Notes: generated from the sequence alone by a model not told the origin. A stretch of DNA of 64,000 nucleotides from Patescibacteria group bacterium UBA2196 (GCA_002328025.1 DCVE01000014.1:5882-69881); one strand, 5' to 3'; shown: positions 18,919 through 31,697, counted from the first letter of the stretch. Program-made: numbers and translations.

Positions 18919-20196
18919 ATGAGGATAGTCTTTGTCAGTAACGATTTGGAAAAAGTATCTTACTGTGTGGAATCTATTACTGACGCCAAGTTGATAACTT
19001 TTGCTGATCAGAAAGACAAACCGTGGCCTAAAAATTGGTCAGTTGTTTTTTTTCATATTTATAAAAATTTTAGCACATTAGCTTTGTTATCTAACCCACG
19101 TTTTAAAGATTTTGTTTTTGAAAATAGCATTGTTTTTTTGGCGGTATTTAAAAATAGCTATTTAATTGAATTGACAGCCCAAAAAAACAATCTTAAACTT
19201 TTAAATCCACCCAGTTTTTTAATTGAAAAAATTGAAGGTAAAATTTCCCAATTAATTTTTTTTGAAAAACTAAAAAATTATTTTCCACCGTTTATTGTTG
19301 CGACGCCAGAAAGCCACACTTTTCAAGATTTAGTAAAAATACTGGGCAATAAAATTATTGCTCAATTTAACACCAGTCATTCTGGTGAAGGCACGTTTTT
19401 TTTGGATGCAGATTTATGGCAAAGCTGGTATCACAAATTTCCTCAACGCCCAATACGTTTAAGTCAGTTTATTGGGGGCGAAAATTTAACTCTTAATTTG
19501 CTAGTTTTACCGCAGGGAATTTTAAATGGGCAATTAAGTTTGCAATTGACTGGATTAGAAAATTTAACCGATCAAAAGTTTGCCACCGTTGGGAATGCGT
19601 GGGTTGATTTTGATAGCGAAGTTTTACAACAAGCCAAACTTTTAAGTATTGAAGTGGGAAATATTTTACGAGGAAATAATTTTTTTGGACCTGCTGGTCT
19701 TGATTTTGTTTATGACAAAAATGCTTGTCGGCTGTATTTAATTGAAGTCAACGCTCGTCAGACAGCTTCTTTTAATTTGGAAAATTGGTTACTAAAGCTG
19801 GCTGGCGGTCAACCCATGTTTGATTTTTTAATTAATTATTGGCAAGGGAAAATATTAAATAAACTGCCAGAAAATTTTACCAAACTTTCCGGTGGCCAAA
19901 TTGTTTGGCGTGCGAATAAAGATGATCAGGGTGTTTTAAATCAAGCCCCAGCCACAGGAATTTATACACTCAAAGACGGACAGGTTGTTTATCAAGAAAA
20001 GCGTATAATTTTAAAAAATAAAAACGAGTTTTTAGTTTTTGTTAAAACCACCGGTAGATCAATAGTTGCAGGTGAAGAAATTTTAAAAATACAAACGGGT
20101 TGTAATTTTTTATCTCACAACAATGATTTGTCGCCAGAAATTAAACTTCTGATTGCTGAGTTGAAAAAAGAGACCAAGTTTGCTAAAATAAAGTAA
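18919..20196 (+). CDS. ATP-grasp domain protein
   Basis: SHSGEGT loop, QFIGG, GPAGLDF, LIEVNAR. Confidence 0.8.
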   Translation: MRIVFVSNDLEKVSYCVESITDAKLITFADQKDKPWPKNWSVVFFHIYKNFSTLALLSNPRFKDFVFENSIVFLAVFKNSYLIELTAQKNNLKLLNPPSFLIEKIEGKISQLIFFEKLKNYFPPFIVATPESHTFQDLVKILGNKIIAQFNTSHSGEGTFFLDADLWQSWYHKFPQRPIRLSQFIGGENLTLNLLVLPQGILNGQLSLQLTGLENLTDQKFATVGNAWVDFDSEVLQQAKLLSIEVGNILRGNNFFGPAGLDFVYDKNACRLYLIEVNARQTASFNLENWLLKLAGGQPMFDFLINYWQGKILNKLPENFTKLSGGQIVWRANKDDQGVLNQAPATGIYTLKDGQVVYQEKRIILKNKNEFLVFVKTTGRSIVAGEEILKIQTGCNFLSHNNDLSPEIKLLIAELKKETKFAKIK

Positions 20197-20213
20197 ATCC
20201 TTATTATTTTTTT

Positions 20214-21284
20214 ATGTCCACCTTTGAAATTATTTTAATTGTCGTTTGTCTAGGCGGTTTTAGCGCTGTGTTATGGTTGCTGTCGCATAAAGGCGGCCGT
20301 GACACCCCGCAAGAACAGCAACTAAAAACAGTTAATGATGAAATGGTTAAAATTAAAGATGAAATGAAAAGCAGTTTGGAAAAAAATCTTGATTTTTTAC
20401 AAAAACAGTCCTTTGCAACGACTGATATGATGCAAAAACAGTCCAGCGAAACGGCCAAAATAGTGCAAGACGTAACCTCTAAATTAGAAAAATTGGAAGC
20501 CACCAACAAACAAGTGGTTGATTTTACTGGTCAATTGCAAAATTTAGAAAAAGTTTTAACCAATTCAAAAAATCGTGGTTCTTTGGGAGAAGCAAGTTTA
20601 GAATTAATTTTGAGCAATATTTTGCCGCCCCAGACATATGAAATGCAATATCGTTTTGAAAACGGTGAAGTGGTGGATGCGATAATTAAAATTAAAGATA
20701 AAATTTTATCTGTTGACGCTAAGTTTTCGTTAGAAAATTATCGACGTATTATGTCTGAAAAAGACGCCGATGAAAAGAAAAGATTAGAATTGGTTTTTCG
20801 TAATGATTTAAAAAAGAGAATTGATGAAACATCTAAATATATTCGGCCGAGCGAAAATACTTTAGACTTTGCTTTTATGTTTATTCCAGCCGAAGGAATT
20901 TATTATGATTTATTAATTAATGAGGTGGGAGCAGTTAAAATTGATACCGGTGGTTTGATTGATTATGCTTTTCGGGAAAAGAAAGTGATTATTGTTTCGC
21001 CCACCACCTTTGCCGCTTATTTACAAACCGTCTTACAGGGTTTACGAGCTTTACAAATTGAAGAATCAGCCAAGGAAATTCGCAAACGCGTTGAAGATTT
21101 GGGTAAGCATCTCATAAATTTTGATGATTTTATGAAAAAACTGGGTAATAATTTGGGTACCACCGTTAATATGTATAACAATGCTTATAGAGAACTAAAT
21201 AAAATTGATAAAGACGTAGTAAAAATAACAGAAGGTGAAAAAAAAATTGAGCCTTTGGTTTTAGATAAACCACACACAGAATAA
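20214..21284 (+). CDS. rmuC: DNA recombination protein RmuC
   Basis: N-terminal TM and coiled coil, RGSLGE..LE.IL, VDAKF, FAFMFIPAEGIY, SPTT. Confidence 0.92.
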   Translation: MSTFEIILIVVCLGGFSAVLWLLSHKGGRDTPQEQQLKTVNDEMVKIKDEMKSSLEKNLDFLQKQSFATTDMMQKQSSETAKIVQDVTSKLEKLEATNKQVVDFTGQLQNLEKVLTNSKNRGSLGEASLELILSNILPPQTYEMQYRFENGEVVDAIIKIKDKILSVDAKFSLENYRRIMSEKDADEKKRLELVFRNDLKKRIDETSKYIRPSENTLDFAFMFIPAEGIYYDLLINEVGAVKIDTGGLIDYAFREKKVIIVSPTTFAAYLQTVLQGLRALQIEESAKEIRKRVEDLGKHLINFDDFMKKLGNNLGTTVNMYNNAYRELNKIDKDVVKITEGEKKIEPLVLDKPHTE

Positions 21285-21299
21285 AAATTTACTACATAT

Positions 21300-21328
21300 T
21301 TGACGTTAGCATGAAATTAATATAAAAT
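21300..21328 (+). promoter_or_regulatory. Sigma70-type promoter of atp operon
   Basis: TTGACG-N17-TAAAAT. Confidence 0.6.
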
Positions 21329-21409
21329 ATAAACGTAGATCATAGTATAATCTTATCTTAATAAAAACTTCTTTTCTGGAGCTTTTATTTTTTGCATAAA
21401 ACAAGAAAT

Positions 21410-21646
21410 ATGTCCAATAATTATCAAAAAAACATTGCTGCACTAGGCTTAGTTTGGGAATTGCTTTATAATTTAGCCATACCTGTGGTGGTTTTTACGC
21501 TTGTTGGTAATTATTTAGACAAAAAATTGGGTTATAACTTTTTATTTATAATAATTGGTGGTATTTTGGGTATTGGGTTAGCCCTTTTTATTGTCTATAA
21601 AAAATCAGCCAGTTTAAAAAAACGTTTCTACCCCAAAGAAAAATAA
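21410..21646 (+). CDS. AtpZ/AtpI family protein
   Basis: Two TM, G.YLDKKLG motif, first gene of atp operon. Confidence 0.8.
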   Translation: MSNNYQKNIAALGLVWELLYNLAIPVVVFTLVGNYLDKKLGYNFLFIIIGGILGIGLALFIVYKKSASLKKRFYPKEK

Positions 21647-21655
21647 TTTAATATT

Positions 21656-22444
21656 ATGCATTTAAGCTTAGCTGCAGAACCAATTTTTTATTTTCTTGGT
21701 TTTCCTGTTACTAATTCTATTATTAACACCTGGTTAGCCATTATTTTTTTCTTTGGCATTGGTTTAACTTTAAAAATTAAAGGTATAAAAAAAATACCCC
21801 TTGGCCTACAAAATTTTTTAGAGCTTGTTTTAGAAACCATACTAAAATATATTGACGGTGTAACGCATGATCGCAAAAAATCTGAAAGATTTTTACCAAT
21901 TATTGCTAGTTTGTTTTTATTTATTTTAATTTTAAACTGGATGGGTCAAATTCCAGGTACTGGTTCTGTCGGTTGGTGGGAACACAAAGAAGGCGTAAAG
22001 ATTTTGGTACCTTTTTTACGGCCCGCTACCAGTGATCTTAATACCACCTTGGCCTTAGCCATTTTTGCAGTTATAAGCACACATGTTTTTGGTATAATTT
22101 CTATAGGTTTTTTAAAGCATTTTAATAAATATTTACACTTTGGTGGTCTTTTTAAAGCGATTAAGATATTTAATCCGTTAAAAATTTTTACCGCTTTTAT
22201 TAATTTTTTTATTGGAATCATTGAATTGTTTTCAGAAGTTGCTAAAACAGTTTCTCTGTCTTTAAGGTTATTTGGTAATGTTTTTGCTGGCGAGGTATTA
22301 TTAACTGTCATGGCATCTTTGGTGGCCTACTTTATTCCGTTGCCGTTTATGTTTTTAGAGCTTTTGGTCGGTTTGGTTCAGGCAACTATTTTTGCTATGT
22401 TGACTTTGGTGTTTATGGAAGTAGCCAGTGCTGAAGCGCATTAA
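21656..22444 (+). CDS. atpB: ATP synthase F0 subunit a
   Basis: SLSLRLFGNVFAGE, ELLVGLVQATIFAML. Confidence 0.96.
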   Translation: MHLSLAAEPIFYFLGFPVTNSIINTWLAIIFFFGIGLTLKIKGIKKIPLGLQNFLELVLETILKYIDGVTHDRKKSERFLPIIASLFLFILILNWMGQIPGTGSVGWWEHKEGVKILVPFLRPATSDLNTTLALAIFAVISTHVFGIISIGFLKHFNKYLHFGGLFKAIKIFNPLKIFTAFINFFIGIIELFSEVAKTVSLSLRLFGNVFAGEVLLTVMASLVAYFIPLPFMFLELLVGLVQATIFAMLTLVFMEVASAEAH

Positions 22445-22531
22445 TTTTTTTTAATAAATTATTAATAGGACATAAAATATTTTTGGCGTTATCGGCCGTT
22501 TCGCCTCGGCCTGTCCTAAAGAAGGTTAATT

Positions 22532-22750
22532 ATGGATGCAGAGATGATAAAAATTGTGGCCAAAAGTTTAACTATGGCCATTGGTGGTATTTTTCCAGCC
22601 CTAGCTATTGGAAAAATTGTCTCCAAAGCCATGGAAGCCATCGGGCGTAATCCAGAAGCTGGTGATAAACTTTTTGTGCCCATGCTTTTAGGGGCTGCTT
22701 TTTCCGAAGCCATTGCTATTTATGCTTTGGTGGTAGTCTTTACTTTATAA
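22532..22750 (+). CDS. atpE: ATP synthase F0 subunit c
   Basis: AIGRNPEA, FSEAIAIYAL. Confidence 0.96.
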   Translation: MDAEMIKIVAKSLTMAIGGIFPALAIGKIVSKAMEAIGRNPEAGDKLFVPMLLGAAFSEAIAIYALVVVFTL

Positions 22751-22826
22751 TTTTTTAAACCTGCTTTTTTAAGCAGGCAAGGGGTTATGTTTTTAATTCC
22801 TTGTTTGTTTATTAAACTTTAAAATC

Positions 22827-23387
22827 ATGTCTTTAATTTTTATTAACACAGTTTGGGCTGCCACTGAGGCTGTTGCCGAAAACCCAGTTGCACAACAGGA
22901 CTTGTTGGCTGTTTTGGGTATTGATTGGAAAATTTTAATTGCTCAAATTATAAACTTTGCTATTGTGTTGTTAATTTTATGGCGCTGGGTTTATAAACCA
23001 CTAATTAAGACACTATCAGAACGGACTAAAAAAATAGACACCAGTTTAAAGAATGTTGGTGAAATTGAAACGCGTTTGGCACAGGTTAAGGTTGAACAAG
23101 AAAATATTTTAAACACTGCCAGACAAGAGGCAACCTTTATTATTGAAGAGGCACAAAAAAGTGTCTTGATTGAACAGCAGAAAATTGCAGATGAAACTAA
23201 AGTACAAATTGAAAAACAGTTAGCTGTGGCTAAAGATAAATTAAAACAGGAAAAAGATCAGGTTTTGTTGGATATAAAAAAAGCCGCAGCTGGTTTAATT
23301 GAAATTGGGGCGGCAAAAATTTTAGCTGAAAAAATCGATGCCAAAACTAATAAAAAAATAATAAAAAATAATTTAGATATAAGTTAG
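22827..23387 (+). CDS. atpF: ATP synthase F0 subunit b
   Basis: GIDWKILIAQIINF..YKP..ER coiled coil. Confidence 0.93.
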   Translation: MSLIFINTVWAATEAVAENPVAQQDLLAVLGIDWKILIAQIINFAIVLLILWRWVYKPLIKTLSERTKKIDTSLKNVGEIETRLAQVKVEQENILNTARQEATFIIEEAQKSVLIEQQKIADETKVQIEKQLAVAKDKLKQEKDQVLLDIKKAAAGLIEIGAAKILAEKIDAKTNKKIIKNNLDIS

Positions 23388-23395
23388 TTAATATT

Positions 23396-23794
23396 ATGTA
23401 TAGTCAATTAGCTTACGCCCAATTGCTTTATTGGTTATCTCAGCATGAGTCCAGCGCCAAAATTGCGGTTGAAAAGTTTTTACTATTTTTAAAAGCTAAT
23501 GGCGATGAAAAACGTTTAGCCGCTATTGTTAATTTTTTTACACACAACCATCAAATACTTTCTGGTGTGCTAGAGTCGCGAGTGATATCGGCTAATAAAT
23601 TAGACAAAGAAACCATGACCTGTATAAAAAATTATTTGCGTCGAATAATACCCAGTGCTAAAGATATAATTTTACAGCCAGAGATAGATACCAACCTTTT
23701 GGGTGGAGTAAAAATTTTATACAACGATACCTTGTTAGATTTGACTATTAAAAAACAACTCACTAATTTAAAAAATAGCTTGTTAAAAATATGA
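23396..23794 (+). CDS. atpH: ATP synthase F1 subunit delta (short)
   Basis: VISA..L, D.NLLGG.KI, position in operon. Confidence 0.85.
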   Translation: MYSQLAYAQLLYWLSQHESSAKIAVEKFLLFLKANGDEKRLAAIVNFFTHNHQILSGVLESRVISANKLDKETMTCIKNYLRRIIPSAKDIILQPEIDTNLLGGVKILYNDTLLDLTIKKQLTNLKNSLLKI

Positions 23795-25311
23795 AAATAA
23801 ACAAAGAAGAAATTTTAGCAGAATTGAAAACGCAAATTGATGTTTTTCAAAATACTTTTAAACAGGAACATGTGGGGCGTGTGGCGGAAGTTGGTGATGG
23901 TATAGTCAAGGTAGTTGGTTTGGATGCCATAAAAATGTCAGAAATGGTGGAGTTTAAAAAAGATGAACAAGTTATTGTTTCTGGTGTGGCCTTAAACCTA
24001 TTAACTGATGGAGTGGGGATTATTGTTTTGGGTGATAGCACGCTAATTAAAGAAGGTGATTTAGCCTACGCGACAGGAAAAATTTTATCTGTGCCAGTTG
24101 GTAATGAACTTCTGGGTCGCGTAGTTAATCCTCTGGGAGAACAGCTTGATGATCAAGGCCCCATAAAAGCGATGACTAATTATCCGGTTGAAAAAATTGC
24201 TCCCGGTGTAGTTACTCGTGAGTCAGTCAAAAACCCACTACAAACTGGCATTAAGGCCATTGATTCGGTTATTCCCATTGGTCGTGGTCAGCGCGAGTTA
24301 ATTATTGGCGATCGTCAAACTGGTAAGACAGCCATTGCTATTGATACCATTATTAATCAAAAAGACACTGATGTTATACCAATCTATGTGGCCATTGGGC
24401 AAAAAGAGTCAAAGGTGGCAAAGATTATTGTTGAACTAAAAAAACACAACGTGATGGACAAAACCATTGTGGTGTTAGCTGGCGCTTCTGATCCCGCCGC
24501 CTTGTCTTATATTGCACCTTATGCGGGTTGTGCCATGGCAGAATATTTTATGGATCAAGGCAAAGATGTTTTAATTGTTTATGATGATCTATCAAAACAC
24601 GCTTGGGCCTATCGTGAAATATCATTATTGTTGCGCCGTCCACCAGGTCGCGAAGCCTATCCAGGTGATATTTTTTATTTGCACTCAAGATTGTTGGAAA
24701 GATCGGCCAAACTTAGTTCAGATTTTGGCGGTGGTTCCATTACAGCTTTACCAATCATTGAAACTCAAGCTGGCGATGTCTCGGCTTATATTCCAACCAA
24801 TGTTATTTCTATTACTGATGGTCAAATTTATTTAGAGGCTGATTTATTTTATCAAGGTGTTAGACCGGCTCTAAATGTTGGTTTGTCAGTTTCGCGTGTT
24901 GGTTCAGCTGCGCAAATTAAAGCCATGAAACAGGTGGCTGGCAAATTGCGTATTGATTTAGCACAGTTTAGAGAATTGGAAGCTTTTGCTCAATTTAGTT
25001 CTGATTTGGATACAGAAACAAAAAAAAGACTAGAACTTGGTAAGCGCTTGTCAGAATTATTAAAACAGGATCAATATGAACCCATGCCGGTTACGGAACA
25101 AGTAGCTGTTTTATATGCGGCAGTTAACGGTTTGTTAAATGAAGTGCCGCTTGAAAAAATTAAACTTTGGGAAAAAGGTTTTATTAATTATTTAAAAATT
25201 AATGGCCAACAAATTTTGATTGATCTAAGTAAACCCACCGGGCTCACAGCAGAATTGGAAGAGAAACTCAAACAGTCCGTGATTGAATATAGTCAAAGTT
25301 TTAAATCTTAA
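23791..25311 (+). CDS. atpA: ATP synthase F1 subunit alpha
   Basis: [20 protein letters not shown]. Confidence 0.98.
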   Translation: MKINKEEILAELKTQIDVFQNTFKQEHVGRVAEVGDGIVKVVGLDAIKMSEMVEFKKDEQVIVSGVALNLLTDGVGIIVLGDSTLIKEGDLAYATGKILSVPVGNELLGRVVNPLGEQLDDQGPIKAMTNYPVEKIAPGVVTRESVKNPLQTGIKAIDSVIPIGRGQRELIIGDRQTGKTAIAIDTIINQKDTDVIPIYVAIGQKESKVAKIIVELKKHNVMDKTIVVLAGASDPAALSYIAPYAGCAMAEYFMDQGKDVLIVYDDLSKHAWAYREISLLLRRPPGREAYPGDIFYLHSRLLERSAKLSSDFGGGSITALPIIETQAGDVSAYIPTNVISITDGQIYLEADLFYQGVRPALNVGLSVSRVGSAAQIKAMKQVAGKLRIDLAQFRELEAFAQFSSDLDTETKKRLELGKRLSELLKQDQYEPMPVTEQVAVLYAAVNGLLNEVPLEKIKLWEKGFINYLKINGQQILIDLSKPTGLTAELEEKLKQSVIEYSQSFKS

Positions 25312-25321
25312 ATTTAAGATT

Positions 25322-27669
<2,348 letters not shown>

Positions 27670-27684
27670 TTTCAGTTTTAAAAT

Positions 27685-28122
27685 ATGTTGCCAAAAATTA
27701 AATTTCAAATAACCACTCCAGAGAGAATAGTTTTTCAGGACGAGGTTGAAGCGGTTAGTTTGCCAACTGAAAATGGTGAGATAACTGTTTTAGCGCACCA
27801 TATCCCCTTGGTGACTAATTTAGTCGCGGGTGAAATTATTATTAAAAAAAGCGGTGAAAAAATAAGCCTAGCTGTGTCTGGTGGTTTGGTGCGGGTTAAT
27901 GCAACTTCAGAGGTTTTGGTCTTGGCCGACACAGCTGAACATGCTTTAGAAATTGATTTGCAAAGAGCCGAAGAAGCACGACTACGTGCCCAAGAAATGT
28001 TGGATGAAAAAAAAGAGGATGCCGAGGATTACGCCTTATTAAGCGCCAAGTTGCAAAAAGAATTAGTACGTCTTAAGGTGGCTAAAAAACATCACAGCAA
28101 AAAAATAAATTTTAATGATTAA
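27685..28122 (+). CDS. atpC: ATP synthase F1 subunit epsilon
   Basis: ITTPER, GEITVLAHHIP, AVSGG, IDLQRAEEA. Confidence 0.95.
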   Translation: MLPKIKFQITTPERIVFQDEVEAVSLPTENGEITVLAHHIPLVTNLVAGEIIIKKSGEKISLAVSGGLVRVNATSEVLVLADTAEHALEIDLQRAEEARLRAQEMLDEKKEDAEDYALLSAKLQKELVRLKVAKKHHSKKINFND

Positions 28123-28159
28123 TTTTAAACTGTTTTAATAAAAGTAACATTGTTATATT

Positions 28160-28196
28160 AAAAAAACGTGTTTTTTAAAACACGGTTTTTTATTTT
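28160..28196 (+). terminator. Intrinsic terminator after atp operon
   Basis: AAAAAACGTGTTTT-tt-AAAACACGGTTTTTT inverted repeat with T tract. Confidence 0.6.
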
Positions 28197-28223
28197 ATAT
28201 TTTTATGCTAAAGTTTAGTTAAT

Positions 28224-31200
28224 ATGTCAACTCATGATTTAAATGAACAACAAAAACAGGCAGTTACTCATGGTAGTGGGCCGCTTTTAATTGTGGCTGG
28301 CGCTGGAACTGGTAAAACCACAGTTATTACCGAGCGGGTGGCGTGGTTGATTGAACAAGGTTTGGCACAAGCTGATGAAATTTTAGCTCTGACGTTTACC
28401 GATAAGGCAGCGAGCGAGATGGAAGAAAGAGTAGATCGTTTGTTACCATATGGCTATGTTGATTTGTGGATTATGACTTTTCATGCTTTTGCTGAACGTT
28501 TGTTGCAGCAACATGGTTTGGATATTGGTTTATCAACCAATTTTAAATTATTAAATCAAACCGAACAATGGCTTTTGGTGCGTCAAAATTTGGATCGTTT
28601 TAATTTGGATTATTATCAGCCTTTGGGTAATCCGACCAAGTTTATTCATGCTCTAATTAAACATTTTTCTCGTTGTAAAGATGAAGAAATTTGGCCGGAA
28701 GACTATTTAAAATATGCTGAGAATTTAAAAATTAATTTGGATAGTATGGAGGCAAGTGGAGGAGTTATGTTAAAACATGAAAATATTAAAACATTAAAAC
28801 CAGACCCCCTCCGCCCTGCGGGGCGACTCCCCCTTATCAAAGGGGAGATGGCCGAAGCTCCCCTCCTTTATAAGGAGGGGGTGGGGGGAGGTAGTGAAGA
28901 AATAGACACTTCAGAAATTAAAAGAGTGGAAGAAATTGCTAATGCCTATCATCTTTATCAACAATTGTTATTAGAAAACAGCTCTTTGGATTTTGGTGAT
29001 CTCATTAATTACACCTTAAAACTTTTGCGTACCCGGCCGCACATCTTAAAACTCTATCAAGAAAAATTTAAATATATTTTGGTGGACGAATTTCAAGATA
29101 CAAATTTTGCTCAGTATGAGCTAATTAAGCTTTTGGCCAGTGGCCACGGCAATTTAACCGTGGTGGGCGATGATGATCAATCAATTTATAAATTTCGCGG
29201 TGCTTCGGTGGCCAACATTTTACAATTTAAGGATGATTTTAAAAATGCTCATGAAATTTATTTAATTCACAACTATCGTTCTTGTCAAAATATTTTGGAT
29301 TTAGCCTATAATTTCATTCAACTCAACAATCCCGAACGTTTGGAAGTTAAACTCAAACAAATTTCTGACAATGTTTCAAATTTAAGCAAAAAACTTTTTG
29401 CCCAGTCAGTAGAAACAGGCAGCATTGAACTTTTGCAAGCCGAAGATGCTGGTGCTGAAGCTGTCATGGTGGTAGAAAAAATTTTAGCTTTAAAGGCGAG
29501 TGATCCAACCCTCACTTGGAATGATTTTGCTGTTTTAGTGCGTGCCAATTCGCAAGCGGAAACGTTTTTGTTAGCTTTACGTATGCAAGATTTGCCGCAT
29601 ACGTTTGTGGCGTCCAAGGGGTTGTATCAAAAAGAAGTAATTATGGACGTGTTGGCCTATCTAAAATTATTAGATAATTATCATGAATCATTGGCTTTGT
29701 GGCGTGTGTTAAATTTACCAACACTAAACATTGTCACTGAAGATCTAATGGAAATTAGTCGTTTTGCTACTCGTAAAGCCTGGTCGTTATTTGAATGTTT
29801 AAAACAAATTAATTTAGTTATTGCTATTTCTGAAGACACCAAGCAAAAAGTCACTAAAATTTTAGGTTTGCTAAATAAACACACCGCTCTGGCCAAAGAA
29901 AAAAGCGTGCGGCATGTTGTTCTGGCTTTTTTACAAGATTTTAATTACAGTCAATATTTGCTCAAAAAAAATGATGTGCAATCTTTTAGTTATTTAAATC
30001 AATTGGGAAAAAAGATTGATGATTTTTCTGCCCGAGGTGGAGATCAATCATTTGATGAACGCAGTGTAAAAAATTTTATCAATTTAATTAGTCTAGAGCT
30101 GGAAGCCGGCGAAGAGGGTAGTTTGATTCCAGAATCTGATGAGGGGCCAGAAGCCATAAAAGTTATGACCGTACATGCAGCCAAGGGTTTGGAATTTAAA
30201 TATGTTTTTGTGGTTGGTTTGGTGGATAAAAGATTTCCTTCGCTAGAAAGAAAAGAATCCATTGAATTACCCATAGAATTAATAAAAGAAAAAATTCCAA
30301 CCGGCGATATTCATTTGCAAGAGGAAAGACGACTTTTTTATGTCGCTATGACGCGTGCCAAACAAGGTTTATTTTTTACAGTGGCTGAAAATTATGGTGG
30401 CAAAGAACGTAAAAAATTATCGCGTTTTTTGTTTGAAATTGATTTGGCCGTGCCAGAAACCATAAAAATTAAAAGCAAAAAAAATATTTTAGATGACGAC
30501 TTAAATTTAAAGCCGGCCATGGCAGTTTCTAAAAACCCAACCACCAAGACAACACCTTCGATTGAAAACAGTCATTTTTCTTTTTCACAACTCAAAGCTT
30601 TTGCTATGTGCCCTTATCAATATTATTTAAGTTTTGTGGTTAAGGTGCCGGTCATGGGTAAAGCCAGTTTTAGTTATGGCAAGACCATGCACTCTACTTT
30701 ACAAAAGTTTTTTACGTTAATTAAAGATAGTAATATTTCTACGCAAAACGAACTTTTTGCTGGCACTCAAAAATCGATAGTTAATAATAAAACTAAAAAA
30801 ATTCCAACCTGGGAACAGGTGTTAAATTTTTATAACGAATCTTGGATAGATGATTGGTATGTTGATAAAAAACAAAAAGACGAATACAGAAAATTAGGTG
30901 AAAAATCTTTAAGAAAATTATATACCCAGTTGCAGGAATTTGGTATTCCCGAGACGCAATTTTTGGAAATTGGTTTTAATTTCAAATTAGCAACTCGCAC
31001 CATTAAGGGTTTTATTGATCGAGTGGACAAGCTGCCCGGTGGTGGATTTGAAATAATAGATTATAAAACCGGCGCGTCCAAAAATGAAAAAACTTTAGAA
31101 AAAGATCAATTGTTAATTTATCAAATTGCAGCTGTTGAGAATTTACATTGGCCAGTAGAAAAATTAACTTTTTATTATCTTGATGATGGCACGGCGGTTT

Positions 31201-31355
31201 CTTTTTTAGGCACCGCTAAGGAAGTTGATAAGATGAAAGAAAAAATTATAGTCATTACTGATAAAATTATGCAGGCTGATTTTTCTGCCACACCATCAGT
31301 CTTTAATTGTCATTATTGTGATTTTAAAGAAATCTGCCAATATCGCGAATTATAA
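28224..31355 (+). CDS. UvrD/PcrA-family helicase fused to C-terminal PD-(D/E)xK nuclease
   Basis: AGAGTGKT, VDEFQDTN, VGDDDQSIY.FRGA, HAAKGLEF, EERRLFYVAMTRAK; C-term GFIDRVD..IIDYKTG, CHYCDF..IC. Confidence 0.92.
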   Translation: MSTHDLNEQQKQAVTHGSGPLLIVAGAGTGKTTVITERVAWLIEQGLAQADEILALTFTDKAASEMEERVDRLLPYGYVDLWIMTFHAFAERLLQQHGLDIGLSTNFKLLNQTEQWLLVRQNLDRFNLDYYQPLGNPTKFIHALIKHFSRCKDEEIWPEDYLKYAENLKINLDSMEASGGVMLKHENIKTLKPDPLRPAGRLPLIKGEMAEAPLLYKEGVGGGSEEIDTSEIKRVEEIANAYHLYQQLLLENSSLDFGDLINYTLKLLRTRPHILKLYQEKFKYILVDEFQDTNFAQYELIKLLASGHGNLTVVGDDDQSIYKFRGASVANILQFKDDFKNAHEIYLIHNYRSCQNILDLAYNFIQLNNPERLEVKLKQISDNVSNLSKKLFAQSVETGSIELLQAEDAGAEAVMVVEKILALKASDPTLTWNDFAVLVRANSQAETFLLALRMQDLPHTFVASKGLYQKEVIMDVLAYLKLLDNYHESLALWRVLNLPTLNIVTEDLMEISRFATRKAWSLFECLKQINLVIAISEDTKQKVTKILGLLNKHTALAKEKSVRHVVLAFLQDFNYSQYLLKKNDVQSFSYLNQLGKKIDDFSARGGDQSFDERSVKNFINLISLELEAGEEGSLIPESDEGPEAIKVMTVHAAKGLEFKYVFVVGLVDKRFPSLERKESIELPIELIKEKIPTGDIHLQEERRLFYVAMTRAKQGLFFTVAENYGGKERKKLSRFLFEIDLAVPETIKIKSKKNILDDDLNLKPAMAVSKNPTTKTTPSIENSHFSFSQLKAFAMCPYQYYLSFVVKVPVMGKASFSYGKTMHSTLQKFFTLIKDSNISTQNELFAGTQKSIVNNKTKKIPTWEQVLNFYNESWIDDWYVDKKQKDEYRKLGEKSLRKLYTQLQEFGIPETQFLEIGFNFKLATRTIKGFIDRVDKLPGGGFEIIDYKTGASKNEKTLEKDQLLIYQIAAVENLHWPVEKLTFYYLDDGTAVSFLGTAKEVDKMKEKIIVITDKIMQADFSATPSVFNCHYCDFKEICQYREL
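28804..28892. repeat. GC-rich composite palindromic element inserted in frame in the helicase
   Basis: ACCCCCTCC..GCCCTGCGGGGC..CCCCTT-atca-AAGGGG..CCCCTCCTT-tat-AAGGAGGGG..GGGGGGAGGT. Confidence 0.8.
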
Positions 31356-31367
31356 TTATGTTTTTCT

Positions 31368-31664
31368 ATGTCTTTTACTCAAATTTACAATATTTTAAAT
31401 AAACAAGTAGTTAGTAAAGGCTTGACGCATCAAATTACTGCCGCGTTATTATGTGAGGAATTTGATAAAATGGTGGTTGAAAAATGGGGGATTGAGATGC
31501 AGAACAAAGCCAAGGCCTTGTACTGGAAAGATAAAATTTTAACCGTGGCTTGTTTGTCATCCACCATGGCGCAGGAGATCAAGTTAAATGAGGGTCAAAT
31601 TTTGGATGTTTTAAACAAAAAATTTAACTCTTTGGTGGTGGAAAAAATTAGATATGTTTTGTAG
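31368..31664 (+). CDS. DUF721/DciA-like protein
   Basis: ILTVAC.SSTMAQEIKL..IL..LN..VEKIR pattern. Confidence 0.7.
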   Translation: MSFTQIYNILNKQVVSKGLTHQITAALLCEEFDKMVVEKWGIEMQNKAKALYWKDKILTVACLSSTMAQEIKLNEGQILDVLNKKFNSLVVEKIRYVL

Positions 31665-31697
31665 TTAAGATTAGCCAAAAAAAGCGTTTATTTACAT

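Noticed and set aside
17160-20196. Canonical LysW-dependent lysine/arginine biosynthesis or true threonine synthase pathway
   Set aside because: Carrier lacks EDWGE and no kinase, reductase, aminotransferase, peptidase or hom/thrB genes are present in the window
22532-22750. Na+-coupled ATP synthase
   Set aside because: c subunit lacks the Q...ES/T Na+-binding signature (has FSEAIAIY); consistent with an ordinary H+ type
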